In this document: positions 10,387-20,230 of the stretch, piece after piece
How positions within the stretch are numbered: position 1 is the first letter of the stretch
Layout: each line of letters begins with the position of its first letter
Source: Alphaproteobacteria bacterium
Lineage (GTDB): Bacteria > Pseudomonadota > Alphaproteobacteria > Rs-D84
DNA: 64,000 nt
Assembly: GCA_017629245.1 (NCBI GenBank)
Contig: JAGBXO010000003.1
Location: 65,897 to 129,896 of the forward strand
Direction of reading: 5' to 3'
Notes under the pieces: model-generated
What the model was told of the DNA's origin: nothing
Seen by the model: only the letters and a program-made list of their open reading frames with translations
Database searches by the model: none
Made by a program: the position numbers and the translations under genes

Positions 10387-12108
10387 ATGGCGATGGCAAA
10401 CTTTGATGAATATTTTCTTATGAAAGATTTATCCAAAGATTTATTTAATCCATTATCTGGCGAAGATTTTGTCCAGATGTTTGATACAAACTATGGTTCT
10501 CAGGAAACATTACAGGGCTATGCAACCAAGGGTACGGTAAAAGATATCCGTGGTGATTTTGCAATGGTTGATGTTGGCTTGAAATCCGAAGGTCGTGTTC
10601 CATTAAAAGAATTCGGTGCATCTGTGCCATCTGTTGGTGATATTATTGACGTTTTTGTAGAACGTTATGAATCCCGCGAAGGTACTGCTATCTTGTCTTA
10701 TACCAAGGCTCGTGCTGAAAAGGCGTGGAAAGATCTGGAAAAGACTGTTGCCGAAGGCGTTGACCCAGAAGGTACAATTATTGATGTTGTTCGTGGTGGT
10801 TTCACTGTGGATATCAATGGCGTATTTGCATTTATGCCATCATCTCAGGTTGATCATAAACCAATCCGCGATGCAAAATCTTTGATTGGTTTAAAAGACA
10901 AATTCCGCGTATTAAAGATGGATGCGCTGCGTACAAACGCAATCGTATCACGTCGCGCGATTCAGTCTGATACAATTGCTGCTGCACAGAAAGAAGCGAT
11001 GAAGAACATCTCTCTGGGCGCGGTTCTTGAAGGTACAGTCAAGAATATCACAGATTACGGTGTATTCGTTGATTTGGGTGGTATTGATGGTTTGTTGCAT
11101 GTGACAGATTTGTCATGGAAACGCGTAAATCATCCACGCGAATTGGTTCACGTTGGTGAAACAATCAAAGTTAAAGTTATCCAATTCGATCCAGAATCAC
11201 ATCGTATCTCGTTGGGTATGAAACAACTGGAAGAAGATCCATGGGAAACAGCATCGCGTGCATTCAATGTTGGCGATACTGTCACCGGTAAAGTATCTTC
11301 TTTGACAGACTATGGTGCATTTATTGATTTGGGCAACAATATCGAAGGTCTGGTTCACATGTCTGAACTGTCCTGGACAAACAAGAACATCCACCCAAGC
11401 AAAGTTTTGCAAAATGGTCAGGATGTAACTGTTACTGTTTTGGGTATTGACCAGGATAAACGTCGTATTTCATTGGGTTACAAACAACTGCAACCAAATC
11501 CATGGAAACAGTTCGCAGAAACACACAATGTTGGCGATGTAATCACAGGCCCAATTAAAAATACAACAGAATTCGGTTTGTTTGTGGCCCTGACACCTGA
11601 ATTAGATGGTATGGTTCATATTTCCGACCTGTCATGGAATAAACTGGACGAAGAAGAACTGAAAAAGTTCGTTCGTGGCCAGGAAGTGACAGCGAAAATC
11701 TTGGACATCAACCCAGAAAAAGAACGTGTCACATTGGGTATCAAACAATTGACTGAAAGCGCAGAAAACAACGCGGCTTCATTAAAGAAGGGTGCGGTTG
11801 TATGTGGTACAGTTTCCGAAATCACACCTGATGAATTGGTTTTGACATTGGCGGGCGATGTACGCGGTGTTATCCGTCGCACAGACCTGTCACGTGAAAA
11901 ATCAGAACAGGACACATCAAAATACAATGTTGGTGACAGCGTAGAAGCATCTGTTGTTTCTGTTGAAGACAACACTGTTAAATTGTCTGTCCGTGCACTG
12001 CAGGTGACATTGGAAAAGCAGGCCGTTAAAGAATTCTCAAACGAAGCAGACAGTGGTTCTGTTTTGGGCGACATCTTGGGTGCTGCTATTGAAAACAGCA
12101 AAAAATAA
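10387..12108 (+). CDS. rpsA: 30S ribosomal protein S1
   Basis: The 573 aa product has six repeated S1 domains with recurring G.V.G.V...YGAFVDLGG-type segments. The exact start codon is uncertain. Confidence 0.88.
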   Translation: MAMANFDEYFLMKDLSKDLFNPLSGEDFVQMFDTNYGSQETLQGYATKGTVKDIRGDFAMVDVGLKSEGRVPLKEFGASVPSVGDIIDVFVERYESREGTAILSYTKARAEKAWKDLEKTVAEGVDPEGTIIDVVRGGFTVDINGVFAFMPSSQVDHKPIRDAKSLIGLKDKFRVLKMDALRTNAIVSRRAIQSDTIAAAQKEAMKNISLGAVLEGTVKNITDYGVFVDLGGIDGLLHVTDLSWKRVNHPRELVHVGETIKVKVIQFDPESHRISLGMKQLEEDPWETASRAFNVGDTVTGKVSSLTDYGAFIDLGNNIEGLVHMSELSWTNKNIHPSKVLQNGQDVTVTVLGIDQDKRRISLGYKQLQPNPWKQFAETHNVGDVITGPIKNTTEFGLFVALTPELDGMVHISDLSWNKLDEEELKKFVRGQEVTAKILDINPEKERVTLGIKQLTESAENNAASLKKGAVVCGTVSEITPDELVLTLAGDVRGVIRRTDLSREKSEQDTSKYNVGDSVEASVVSVEDNTVKLSVRALQVTLEKQAVKEFSNEADSGSVLGDILGAAIENSKK

Positions 12109-12182
12109 TTTGTATTCGTATGAATTGTTTCACGGTCGTGCAATCTTGCCCGGCCGTGTTTTTTATGATAAAATTATGTATA

Positions 12183-12739
12183 TGACAGAAAAAAAACAAA
12201 TTATTGTAATGATGGGCGGACCCGGCGTAGGCAAGGGGACTTTTTCCGATATGTTAATGGCGCGTCGTCCCTTTAAACATGTTGAGGCCGGTGCCCTGTT
12301 GCGTGCCATGCCGGCTGATTCCGAAATTGGTAAATTGATTTCTGCGGGTGATCTGGTGCCAGATAATTTGGTTTGTGATTTGATGGTGGCGCAAATTACA
12401 GATGACGATATTATAATGGACGGTTTTCCGCGTACGATTGGCCAGGCAAAATGGCTGGTAAAAAATTATGCAAATAAATACGATGTTCAAATATTATTTT
12501 TAAATACAGACGATGAAACATTAGTTCGTCGTATTCAAAAGCGTGTCCGCACCGGCAGTCATCGCGCCGATGATGCGGCAATGAAAACAATTTGTCATCG
12601 TTTGGAAAATTTTCATAAAACAACAATGCCGGCAGTTGATTGGTTGCGTACTGCACCCGGGATAACTTTTTCTGAAATAGATGCGGCCGGTGATGTTAAT
12701 GATAATTTTGCAGATATCACGTCTGCATTGGGGATGTAG
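12183..12739 (+). CDS. adk: Adenylate kinase family nucleoside-monophosphate kinase (short form)
   Basis: MTEKKQIIVMMGGPGVGKGTFSD is the P-loop (GxPGxGKGT). The DGFPRT substrate motif and RADD are also present. The 5' extension of the ORF overlaps rpsA, so the start was set at the ATG at 12183. Confidence 0.7.
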
Positions 12740-12749
12740 TTTGAAATAT

Positions 12750-13064
12750 TTATTTTCCAAATATAAAACTGTTATTTTGTGACAGTTCGATAATTGCATC
12801 TATATTATCGTCGTCACATGTGCGCTGGCGTTTAGTCTTGCCACATTTTTCACACTTGTGTGTGATAATAAAGCGCGCGCCATCACCTTCAATCGAAATT
12901 GGGCACATCATGCCACCGCATGTTGCCGCGCGGTCACCTGGGTTATTGTCAACATGTCGTGACCACAGACAGTTTGGACAGTGGTTTGTGTATCCATTTC
13001 CATGAACAACTGCGCCACAGTGGGCGCAGTTAAAATCTTCGACTGTTTTTGTAAAGCCCTTCAT
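12750..13064 (-). CDS. RNHCP domain-containing protein
   Basis: NGYTNHCPNCLWSRHVD matches the RNHCP signature, and further Cys pairs are present. The start codon overlaps the upstream stop by 1 nt as TAATG. Confidence 0.55.
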   Translation of the reverse strand: MKGFTKTVEDFNCAHCGAVVHGNGYTNHCPNCLWSRHVDNNPGDRAATCGGMMCPISIEGDGARFIITHKCEKCGKTKRQRTCDDDNIDAIIELSQNNSFIFGK

Positions 13065-13312
13065 TATATCCCCAATGCGTTGCGATACATCTGGGTCAGT
13101 TCATCCGCTTCGTCCAATTCATCTGGGTCCAATTTACGCAAACGTATCATCTGACGGATGTATTTTGGATCAAATCCTGCGGATTTTGCTTCGGAATAAA
13201 TTTCCTTAATATCCGCAGCGATTGCTGCTGTATCTTCATTCAGCTTTTCAATTCTTTCAATAATACTGATCAATTGTTGATTATCTATTGCGCCGTGATT
13301 TGCCTGTTTCAT
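13064..13312 (-). CDS. gapR: GapR-like nucleoid-associated protein (DUF2312)
   Basis: The 82 aa product IERIEKLNEDTAAIAADIKEIYSEAKSAGFDPKYIRQMIRLRKLDPDELDEADELTQMYRNALGI matches the alphaproteobacterial DUF2312/GapR family. Confidence 0.7.
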   Translation of the reverse strand: MKQANHGAIDNQQLISIIERIEKLNEDTAAIAADIKEIYSEAKSAGFDPKYIRQMIRLRKLDPDELDEADELTQMYRNALGI

Positions 13313-13403
13313 TTTCTGTTTTCCCCTTGTTTATTTGTAAAACTTATGATATACAATAAATCGTAAAAATCAAGAAAACAAATTTAACACGGGATGTGAA
13401 AAA

Positions 13404-14774
13404 ATGAAAAGATTTACAAAAATTACTGCATCAATTGGTCCGAACAGCGAAGAGCGCGAAGTTTTAACCCGTATGATTTCTGCGGGTGTTAATATGTGTC
13501 GTTTGAATTTTAGTCATGATACCGGTGATGTTCAGGGGCGCAAGATTGATATGATACGCGAAATATCTGCGGAATTAAATATGCCAGTTGCAGTTATGGT
13601 TGACCTGCAGGGGCCCAAACATCGTATTGGTAATTTCGAAACCGAAGATAAATATCCATTAACAATTGGTCAAAAATTTACATTTGATACAGATCCAACC
13701 CCGGGCAATTCGTCGCGTGTTCAGTTGCCTGATTCTGATGTTTTAGGGTCATTAAGTGTTGGTGATCGTATTTTATTAAACGACGGTAAAATTGAAATGC
13801 GCGTTGAATTTGCGTCCCCTGACCGGGTTGACGCAACGGTTGTGCGTGGTACAGAAATTTGGTCGCGTCGTGGGTTTAATTTACCAGATACAGAAATTGC
13901 AACATCTGTCCTGACCAAGAAAGACCGGGCCGACCTGGAATATGCAATTACAAAAAATCCAGATTGGGTTGCGATTTCATTTGTGCAAAAACCCGAAGAT
14001 ATTGCCGAGGTTCGTGACTTTATCACCGAACGTACGTCGCATCCGATTAAAATTATCGCAAAAATAGAACGTCCAAATGCGGTTGCGCGTATTACTGATA
14101 TTGCCGCTATTGCAGATGGTATTATGATTGCGCGCGGTGACTTGGCGGTTGAGGTACCATATGCCGAAGTGCCGGCGATTTCGCGTCATATCATTCGCGA
14201 ATGTCGCAAAATGAACAAACCTGTAATTGTTGCAACACAAATGTTGGGCTCAATGGTAAACAGTGAATTCCCAACGCGTGCAGAAATCACTGATGTTGCA
14301 AACACGGCGTACCTGCGTGCAGATTCAACTATGACATCCGAAGAGACGACAATCGGTATGAATCCGGTTAATGTTATTGAAACGATGTCAAACATCTTGT
14401 CGCATGCAGACTCTGACACAATTGCAAATCCGTACGATTGGTCGCGTGTTGAAAATGTTCCAGAAAACGATTGGTCGCGTTCTGTTGCGTCAATGGCATA
14501 TTTGAACAAGGCCTCTGCAATCGTGGTCTTTGCACGCGATACAATAACCGCAACCGAAATTTCATGCCGTAAACCTGATATTCCGGTTATCGCGGTATGC
14601 AACGAAGCGGTAATTGCGAACCAATTGTGTCTGGCGCGTGGCGTATTCCCAATTTATGACAATGAATTGTTCGGTATGCGTGATGCGTTTAATGCGGCTC
14701 GTCGCTTTAATATAAATATGGGTAAGTTGGTTATCGTGGACGAAGAAAGAATCAGCCTGCGAACATTGGATTAA
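13404..14774 (+). CDS. pyk: Pyruvate kinase
   Basis: KITASIGP...NMCRLNFSHD, MVDLQGPKHRIG and IIAKIERP are conserved pyruvate kinase blocks. The product is 456 aa. Confidence 0.85.
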   Translation: MKRFTKITASIGPNSEEREVLTRMISAGVNMCRLNFSHDTGDVQGRKIDMIREISAELNMPVAVMVDLQGPKHRIGNFETEDKYPLTIGQKFTFDTDPTPGNSSRVQLPDSDVLGSLSVGDRILLNDGKIEMRVEFASPDRVDATVVRGTEIWSRRGFNLPDTEIATSVLTKKDRADLEYAITKNPDWVAISFVQKPEDIAEVRDFITERTSHPIKIIAKIERPNAVARITDIAAIADGIMIARGDLAVEVPYAEVPAISRHIIRECRKMNKPVIVATQMLGSMVNSEFPTRAEITDVANTAYLRADSTMTSEETTIGMNPVNVIETMSNILSHADSDTIANPYDWSRVENVPENDWSRSVASMAYLNKASAIVVFARDTITATEISCRKPDIPVIAVCNEAVIANQLCLARGVFPIYDNELFGMRDAFNAARRFNINMGKLVIVDEERISLRTLD

Positions 14775-14781
14775 TAATAAA

Positions 14782-14806
14782 TCCCCCAGATGGGGGAATT
14801 TTTTTA
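14782..14806 (+). terminator. Rho-independent terminator after pyk
   Basis: The hairpin TCCCCCAGATGGGGGA is followed by a T7 run. Confidence 0.65.
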
Positions 14807-14815
14807 TATCTTTTT

Positions 14816-15265
14816 TTATTCGCCTAATTTTAAATTGGGGCGCGCGGCGCGTAAATTGCTTAATGATTTTTCTTGGGCGGCGCGGAATGCGTCTGGGTTC
14901 CATATTTGAAAACTGTTGCCGCGACCAACGAATATCGCACTGTCTGTAATTCCGGCGTGCGCCAACATATCTGATGGAATGACGATGCGACCCGTCACAT
15001 CAAACGCCAATTGGCGTGCGTCTGCAAACAGCATTGCTGTCAAATCATCCAGTTCGCTGTCAAAAATGCCCATTTTATCGGTTGCTGCGGCCATTTGTTC
15101 CATGCGTGACATGGTCATGCCTTCGATACAGTTGTTTGTAAAAGAACGGAAAAGAACAACGCCTGCGAATTTTTCATTGCTGACCGAAGCCCGGAAAGAG
15201 GCGGGAACAGAAACGCGTCCCTTGGTATCCAAACGATTTTCATAAGATGAGAGAAACAATGACAT
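14816..15265 (-). CDS. mraZ: Transcriptional regulator MraZ (orphan; not followed by rsmH or the dcw cluster)
   Basis: MSLFLSSYENRLDTKGRVSVPASFRA plus a second DxxGR-like half identify a duplicated MraZ fold. The product is 149 aa. Confidence 0.8.
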   Translation of the reverse strand: MSLFLSSYENRLDTKGRVSVPASFRASVSNEKFAGVVLFRSFTNNCIEGMTMSRMEQMAAATDKMGIFDSELDDLTAMLFADARQLAFDVTGRIVIPSDMLAHAGITDSAIFVGRGNSFQIWNPDAFRAAQEKSLSNLRAARPNLKLGE

Positions 15266-15340
15266 TTTATGATTTTCTTTAATTGGGATTGTTTGTGCCC
15301 TCTCTTTCCTTTTGCTTCAAACGGAATGTAGCACGGTATT

Positions 15341-15390
15341 TTATGGTTGTCAATGACAATTTATGGTTTTTTTATGGTATTTTATGGTTT
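15341..15390. promoter_or_regulatory. Four TTTATGGT direct repeats with 10-11 bp phasing, plus the palindrome TTGTCAaTGACAA, upstream of mraZ
   Basis: TATGGT occurs at 15342, 15362, 15373 and 15383, about 80-120 bp upstream of the mraZ start. It resembles the phased TGG-containing direct repeats that MraZ binds in other bacteria. Confidence 0.4.
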
Positions 15391-15650
15391 TTCAAAATAA
15401 AAGTAAAAAAATTAAAATAAAATTAAAATAAATGCATTTTATGCTTGACCTGCGATTCGTTTTTGTTCTAAGATGTTTGTATAGACAAGGGAAAAAGAAA
15501 TAAAAGTCCCAGAAAGCCGCAAGAGTATCGGATTTTTGGGAAAAACAAAAAACAAAAATGAAAACTGTTTCTCTGATTTGTAAATACGTTGGTATTTACA
15601 CGGAAAATGGCGGTTTTCTACAACATACGCCCATAAGGAGGGGAACGCGC

Positions 15651-15986
15651 ATGCCAAAAAACATCAAAGAAATTATGATTGCATTAAACCAGGTTTTAAC
15701 AACAACAGTTTGGGTTAACGAAGATCGTCAGATTGTTTCCCTGGCAGATGAATTGAAAATTGGTCATAATAATGCGCCACGTTCTATCGAAGATTTATCT
15801 CGTCCTTCGTTGGTTGGTGCGTATGTTTCTTTACAAATTCGTACAGATAATTTTGATGTTGCGGCCGAAAGCTTGGAGACGCGTGATTTGGCATTGCGTG
15901 TAAAAGAGTTGGTGTTTGCTGAGGCGAAAAAAATCATGGATGTGTCAGATTCCTCTGCTAAATCCGGTGTTGCAAAGGCTGCGTAA
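15651..15986 (+). CDS. Hypothetical protein (111 aa)
   Basis: A strong RBS (AGGAGGGG) sits 7 nt before the ATG at 15651. A hairpin and T-run terminator follow at about 16030-16065. No recognisable domain was found. Confidence 0.5.
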   Translation: MPKNIKEIMIALNQVLTTTVWVNEDRQIVSLADELKIGHNNAPRSIEDLSRPSLVGAYVSLQIRTDNFDVAAESLETRDLALRVKELVFAEAKKIMDVSDSSAKSGVAKAA

Positions 15987-16112
15987 TACATCACAACAGT
16001 TTCCGTTTATCGGAAGGAAGGGAGCGACCGTCATCGAGTGATCGTTGACGGTTTTTTGTTTATAATTATTTTGTTAAATAAAAGTTTTTAATTCTCTTCT
16101 AATGCTAACTGC

Positions 16113-17702
16113 CTACACAAATTTTTCTGGTATCAGATTACAAATGTTTTTCCAAATTCTGCGCAGTATGCTGGTGTCTGGGGCGTGTTTGTGTACGCGG
16201 GGTGTTGTGTCGCCTGGGCGACTGCCGGTCCAAACGGGTTTGTTGTTTTTGTTCAGTGTGACGCGCCATGATGTTTGTGTGTCTTTTATAATCATTTCAC
16301 GCAGTTTATCTGCGAAATCTGCGCTTTCAAAAATTGCGACATTTTCTGTGTTATAGTATGCGCTGCGTGGGTCCAGATTAAAACTGCCGATCCATGAAAT
16401 ATTGTCGTCAAAGACCATTGTTTTGCTGTGTAATACTGAAAAGCTGGATTGCTTTCTTTCGCGGTCATGTTCTTTGCCGCGCAGGTTTTCAGCAGATACC
16501 ATAAATTCATAAACGTCTGCGCCTGATTGTATTAATTGTTCGCGATATTTTTCCCATTTTGCGTAAACGGTTGGCGCGTTTGTAGAGGCTAGCGAGTTTG
16601 TTACAATCGTCATATGGACGCCGGACTTTTCTTCTTGCAACATATGCTCCAGTCCGCCTTGGCCTGGTACAAAGTATGCGGCAGACATATATACTGAATT
16701 TTTGGTTTTGTTCCACAGGTGTTGCAGTGCCAAAATGATGTCACTACGATAATTTTCCTTTTCTGTCATTGTCATTTCGACTTTTTCTGGTGGGTCGGCC
16801 AAGAATTTTCCGCGCCCCCAGCTGAAGTCGAATTTTTTCTGTTTAAAATCGCGTATTGCCATTGATATAATGGTGTTGTATCTGCGTACGTTTTCTGTGC
16901 TATGTTCTTCTAGGTTTGCAAAAGTTTTTTCCAGTTTTCGCATTGCGCGCTTTGATTTTGCTTTTGGGAAAACGGATGCAGGTATCGCCAGGTGATGATT
17001 CCAGTATTCGTTAAAACTCATTGTGGCGTATCGTGTCATGTCCCCCAGGAATAAAACGTCTGTGTCTGAAAAGTTAGATGCGGTTTCTGGATAGAAATAA
17101 TTGCTGCCAACGTTTCTGCCGCCAGTAATATATGCGATGTTGTCGACAATAAACAGTTTGTTGTGCATGCGTGAGTTTAGTCGATTAAAATCTGTTAAAA
17201 ATTGTGGGTAATACAGCAGTTTTGAACGGTTTGCGACTGTGTTAAAAATCTTGACTTCTATGTTCGGGTGTTGGTTCAACAGTGTTACATCAACAATATC
17301 TGATTTGGTGCCGTAATCGTCCAATAGTATTCGTATTTTGACCCCGCGGTCAGCTGCGTTTTTTAGTTCGCCAATCAAAACCTTGGATGTGAAGTCGTTA
17401 CTGTAAATATATGTTTGTAAATCAATTGTTTTTGTTGCCATTCGTGCAAAGGCGGATCGTATAATAAATGCGGATAGTCCGTCGTCAATCAGTGTTGCGC
17501 CCGATGTTTCGTTGTCTTGTTTCAGGTCTGTTGCGTAGTATTGTGCAATTGGTGTTTTGTATGGATTGTAATTGAAGTCGTTTGTGGTCACCTTTGGTGT
17601 GTATCCGTTTAGTCGTGTGTCGTTTGTTGTTGTTGGCACGGTTGTGCATCCCATCAGGGGCAGGGCTAAAATCCATATGGCGACTTTTTTTATCAGTGAC
17701 AA
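16113..17702 (-). CDS. Phospholipase D / cardiolipin synthase-family lipoprotein (two HKD motifs)
   Basis: The N-terminal lipobox is ALPLMGC. The HKD motifs are HNKLFIVD...GGRN and HSKTMVFDD...GSFNLD. Confidence 0.75.
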   Translation of the reverse strand: MSLIKKVAIWILALPLMGCTTVPTTTNDTRLNGYTPKVTTNDFNYNPYKTPIAQYYATDLKQDNETSGATLIDDGLSAFIIRSAFARMATKTIDLQTYIYSNDFTSKVLIGELKNAADRGVKIRILLDDYGTKSDIVDVTLLNQHPNIEVKIFNTVANRSKLLYYPQFLTDFNRLNSRMHNKLFIVDNIAYITGGRNVGSNYFYPETASNFSDTDVLFLGDMTRYATMSFNEYWNHHLAIPASVFPKAKSKRAMRKLEKTFANLEEHSTENVRRYNTIISMAIRDFKQKKFDFSWGRGKFLADPPEKVEMTMTEKENYRSDIILALQHLWNKTKNSVYMSAAYFVPGQGGLEHMLQEEKSGVHMTIVTNSLASTNAPTVYAKWEKYREQLIQSGADVYEFMVSAENLRGKEHDRERKQSSFSVLHSKTMVFDDNISWIGSFNLDPRSAYYNTENVAIFESADFADKLREMIIKDTQTSWRVTLNKNNKPVWTGSRPGDTTPRVHKHAPDTSILRRIWKNICNLIPEKFV

Positions 17703-17893
17703 TTTTGTCTTCCTTATCTTTTTGCGCGATTATAGTCCAAGGTTATCACGGTCGCAATAAAAATTCATTATATTTTTTAATAAATTGTGAAATGGTTCCT
17801 GTTGTCTAATAAATTGTGAATTTTTTTGTTTGTATAAATTTGTAATAAGTGTTAAAATTAATAACAAGAAATTATGGAAAGGAAGATTTTATC

Positions 17894-20143
17894 ATGAAAA
17901 GATTTGTTGCGGTGCTCGCTGGGTTGTTGACTTTACCTGCATTTGCAGAGGATGCGATTATATACAAAGAAGACGGTGTGCGTTCTGATGTTGTGTCGCG
18001 TAATATTGATGTGCCTGCATCTGCGACGGCGGCGGGGCGTACGTCTGGTCGTTCTGGTGCGGCGTCTCGTGGGGCGATATCGCGTGTTGTGCCTGCGGCG
18101 GCATCTGATATGACGACGGCGAATCGTAACGCGGCGTCTGGTCGTGTTATCGCCGCGGGGCGTGCGGGTGTTGCGGCACCGTCCGTCTCTGCGCGCAAGG
18201 CAGCGGCACGTGATGGTGCGGTCGTTTCGCGTACGGCGGTCGGTCAAGTGGGGGCAAAGCCTGCTGTGGCTGCACGTGTTGCAGCGCCATCGGCGCCACG
18301 TGTTCGTGCGCGTGCTGCGACAATGACGACAAATGTGTCCAAGGGCGACAATGTTGTGTCTGTGAATAATTCTTCCGATGCTCCGGCCGAAGCGGCTGCA
18401 ACTCCGGCCAGTGTCACTGCTGCAATGGAAAATTCGGCGGCACTGACATCATTTTGCAAGGCGCAATATACAGAATGTATGGATAATTTCTGTAATGTTT
18501 TGGATGATAACCAGGGGCGTTGTTCTTGTTCGAAAAATATTAAAAATTATGAAAAGACAGAAAATGCATTAAAGGCTGCGACCGAATCTTTACAGGATGT
18601 TGCACAGCAGATTCAGTATATTGGGTTAAGCAAAGACGAAATTGAAACCTTGTTCTCTCAGACCGAGGCTGAAATCCAAATGCAGGCAACAAGTGATAAT
18701 TCGCAGATAAAGAATGATTTGGACAAGATTAAGGGATTGATTGTTCAGGTGAAATCTGGTACTGCATCGTCAACAGAAATTGATACAGGTCTGTCCATGG
18801 ATTTGTCGGGCCTAATGAATTTTAATATCAGCAGTGCTGGTTTTGATTTGGGGTCCTTGTTTGGTACACAAACAGCAAATACAGGTTCGATCAGCAATCA
18901 GCGTGGTGAACAATTATATAAAACCGCGGCTGCGCGTTGTAAAACGGCGGTGTTGAATGATTGTCAGAGCCAGGGTGTTGATATATCGATTGTATCCAAT
19001 GCGTACGATATGGAAATTGATAAACAGTGTGTCGCGTATGAACGTTCTTTGACCGACGCAAACGAAGAAATGGTTCAAACGGTTCGCAATGCAAAAAGTG
19101 TGCTGCAGCGCGCGCGCTTGATGGTGGCCCAGCAAAAGAATGCATATGATTTGCGCGGTTGTGTAAATGCATTGGACGCATGTATGCAGGATGACTTTGT
19201 TTGTGGCAATGATTATGAAAATTGCCTAGATCCATCTGGTAAATATATTGTTGACGGCGAAGTTGTGGTTGGCTCAATGCCAGGGCAGACAGATTTGAGT
19301 GATTATTCTGGTATGTCTGGTGCAATGTACAGTGCCGACGGGTTGTATTCTACGTGGAATTATGGCAGTAGTAAAAATGCGTGGGGGGCGTCATCTGGTT
19401 ATGCCGAAGGCAGTCTTAACGAATATGTAACCAGCACGATGGGCGCCACACCGACCGGTGTTGGGGATACTATGTCCGAGTATTTACAGTACAAGATTGG
19501 CTATATCAAAGATAACAAAAGTTACGGTATGTGCGCATCTGTACTAAATAAATGCCAGGATTATACATATTCTAATGGTTCGTATTCACCAAAGAATCGC
19601 GTTGTCGAAGAATATTTAATGCGGACATTGGTAAAAATTAAAAATGCCCAGGATAACGTCTTGGCTGATTATGCAGAAACATGTATTGCCGATGTTTCGT
19701 CATGTCTGGGTGAAAATAATTATGATGAAACTGCCACTAACAGCAGCAAGTCCAAAATTGCAATCAACGCATGCCGTTCACAGATTATCACATGTATGTC
19801 TGTAAACGGTCGTGCGGATGCGGATCCAACACCTGCGGGAATGGCTGGCTGGGTCAGCAGTATTATGACAGAAACTGGTGGTGTCGGCGGTGGTGGCGTT
19901 ACTAACTGCGCGTCTGGGGGATCGAATTGTTATATTACAACACATTTGAATGCTTCTGGACAACCAACGTGTTCCGGTCTTGAAGCTTACTCTGTGCTGG
20001 AAGCGGGTGGAATATGTCCACCAACAGGAACCAGTTGTGCTGCGGTTGGAGGAATATGGTCAAATAATACATGTTATTGTACTGGTTCGTGGAAGGTGTC
20101 GCCGAATAGTCAACAAGGTTACACTGGCTATAAGTGTAGTTAA
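17894..20143 (+). CDS. Secreted Cys-rich protein, paralog A (signal peptide, Arg/Ala/Ser-rich low-complexity N-region)
   Basis: The signal peptide is MKRFVAVLAGLLTLPAFAE. The GC-rich repetitive region is followed by a conserved block FCKAQYTECMDNFCNVLDDNQGRCSCSKNIKNYEKTE and many conserved Cys. The start was moved from the ORF start to the signal-peptide Met. Confidence 0.7.
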   Translation: MKRFVAVLAGLLTLPAFAEDAIIYKEDGVRSDVVSRNIDVPASATAAGRTSGRSGAASRGAISRVVPAAASDMTTANRNAASGRVIAAGRAGVAAPSVSARKAAARDGAVVSRTAVGQVGAKPAVAARVAAPSAPRVRARAATMTTNVSKGDNVVSVNNSSDAPAEAAATPASVTAAMENSAALTSFCKAQYTECMDNFCNVLDDNQGRCSCSKNIKNYEKTENALKAATESLQDVAQQIQYIGLSKDEIETLFSQTEAEIQMQATSDNSQIKNDLDKIKGLIVQVKSGTASSTEIDTGLSMDLSGLMNFNISSAGFDLGSLFGTQTANTGSISNQRGEQLYKTAAARCKTAVLNDCQSQGVDISIVSNAYDMEIDKQCVAYERSLTDANEEMVQTVRNAKSVLQRARLMVAQQKNAYDLRGCVNALDACMQDDFVCGNDYENCLDPSGKYIVDGEVVVGSMPGQTDLSDYSGMSGAMYSADGLYSTWNYGSSKNAWGASSGYAEGSLNEYVTSTMGATPTGVGDTMSEYLQYKIGYIKDNKSYGMCASVLNKCQDYTYSNGSYSPKNRVVEEYLMRTLVKIKNAQDNVLADYAETCIADVSSCLGENNYDETATNSSKSKIAINACRSQIITCMSVNGRADADPTPAGMAGWVSSIMTETGGVGGGGVTNCASGGSNCYITTHLNASGQPTCSGLEAYSVLEAGGICPPTGTSCAAVGGIWSNNTCYCTGSWKVSPNSQQGYTGYKCS

Positions 20144-20147
20144 TAAA

Positions 20148-20172
20148 ATGCCCCACTTGGGGCATTTTTTGC
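20148..20172 (+). terminator. Rho-independent terminator after paralog A
   Basis: The hairpin ATGCCCCACTTGGGGCAT is followed by TTTTTT. Confidence 0.65.
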
Positions 20173-20230
20173 TTGTTCTATATTTGGGAATGTGATAGAA
20201 TAAAAGCAATCAAAGGAAAGAGAGTCTATC

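Noticed and set aside
12053-12182. 5' extension of the adk ORF overlapping the end of rpsA
   Set aside because: The adenylate kinase P-loop begins right after the ATG at 12183. The upstream extension would overlap rpsA out of frame by more than 50 nt and has no kinase homology.
15290-15450. AT-rich repeats (aaaattaaaataaaattaaaataaa) considered as a possible CRISPR or VNTR
   Set aside because: They are short imperfect A/T tracts without regularly spaced unique spacers. They are consistent with an AT-rich promoter or UP-element region between divergent genes.
16102-16716. ORFs 16102-16356 (+), 16292-16510 (-) and 16507-16716 (-) overlapping the PLD gene
   Set aside because: They overlap a well-supported 529 aa HKD-motif gene in other frames and show no independent signals.
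17872-18459. Multiple antisense and out-of-frame ORFs (17872-18198, 17933-18247, 18147-18401, 18244-18459)
   Set aside because: They lie inside the GC-rich, repetitive Arg/Ala/Ser-coding region of paralog A. High GC suppresses stop codons in all frames, and the products are Arg/Pro-rich low-complexity strings with no start context.
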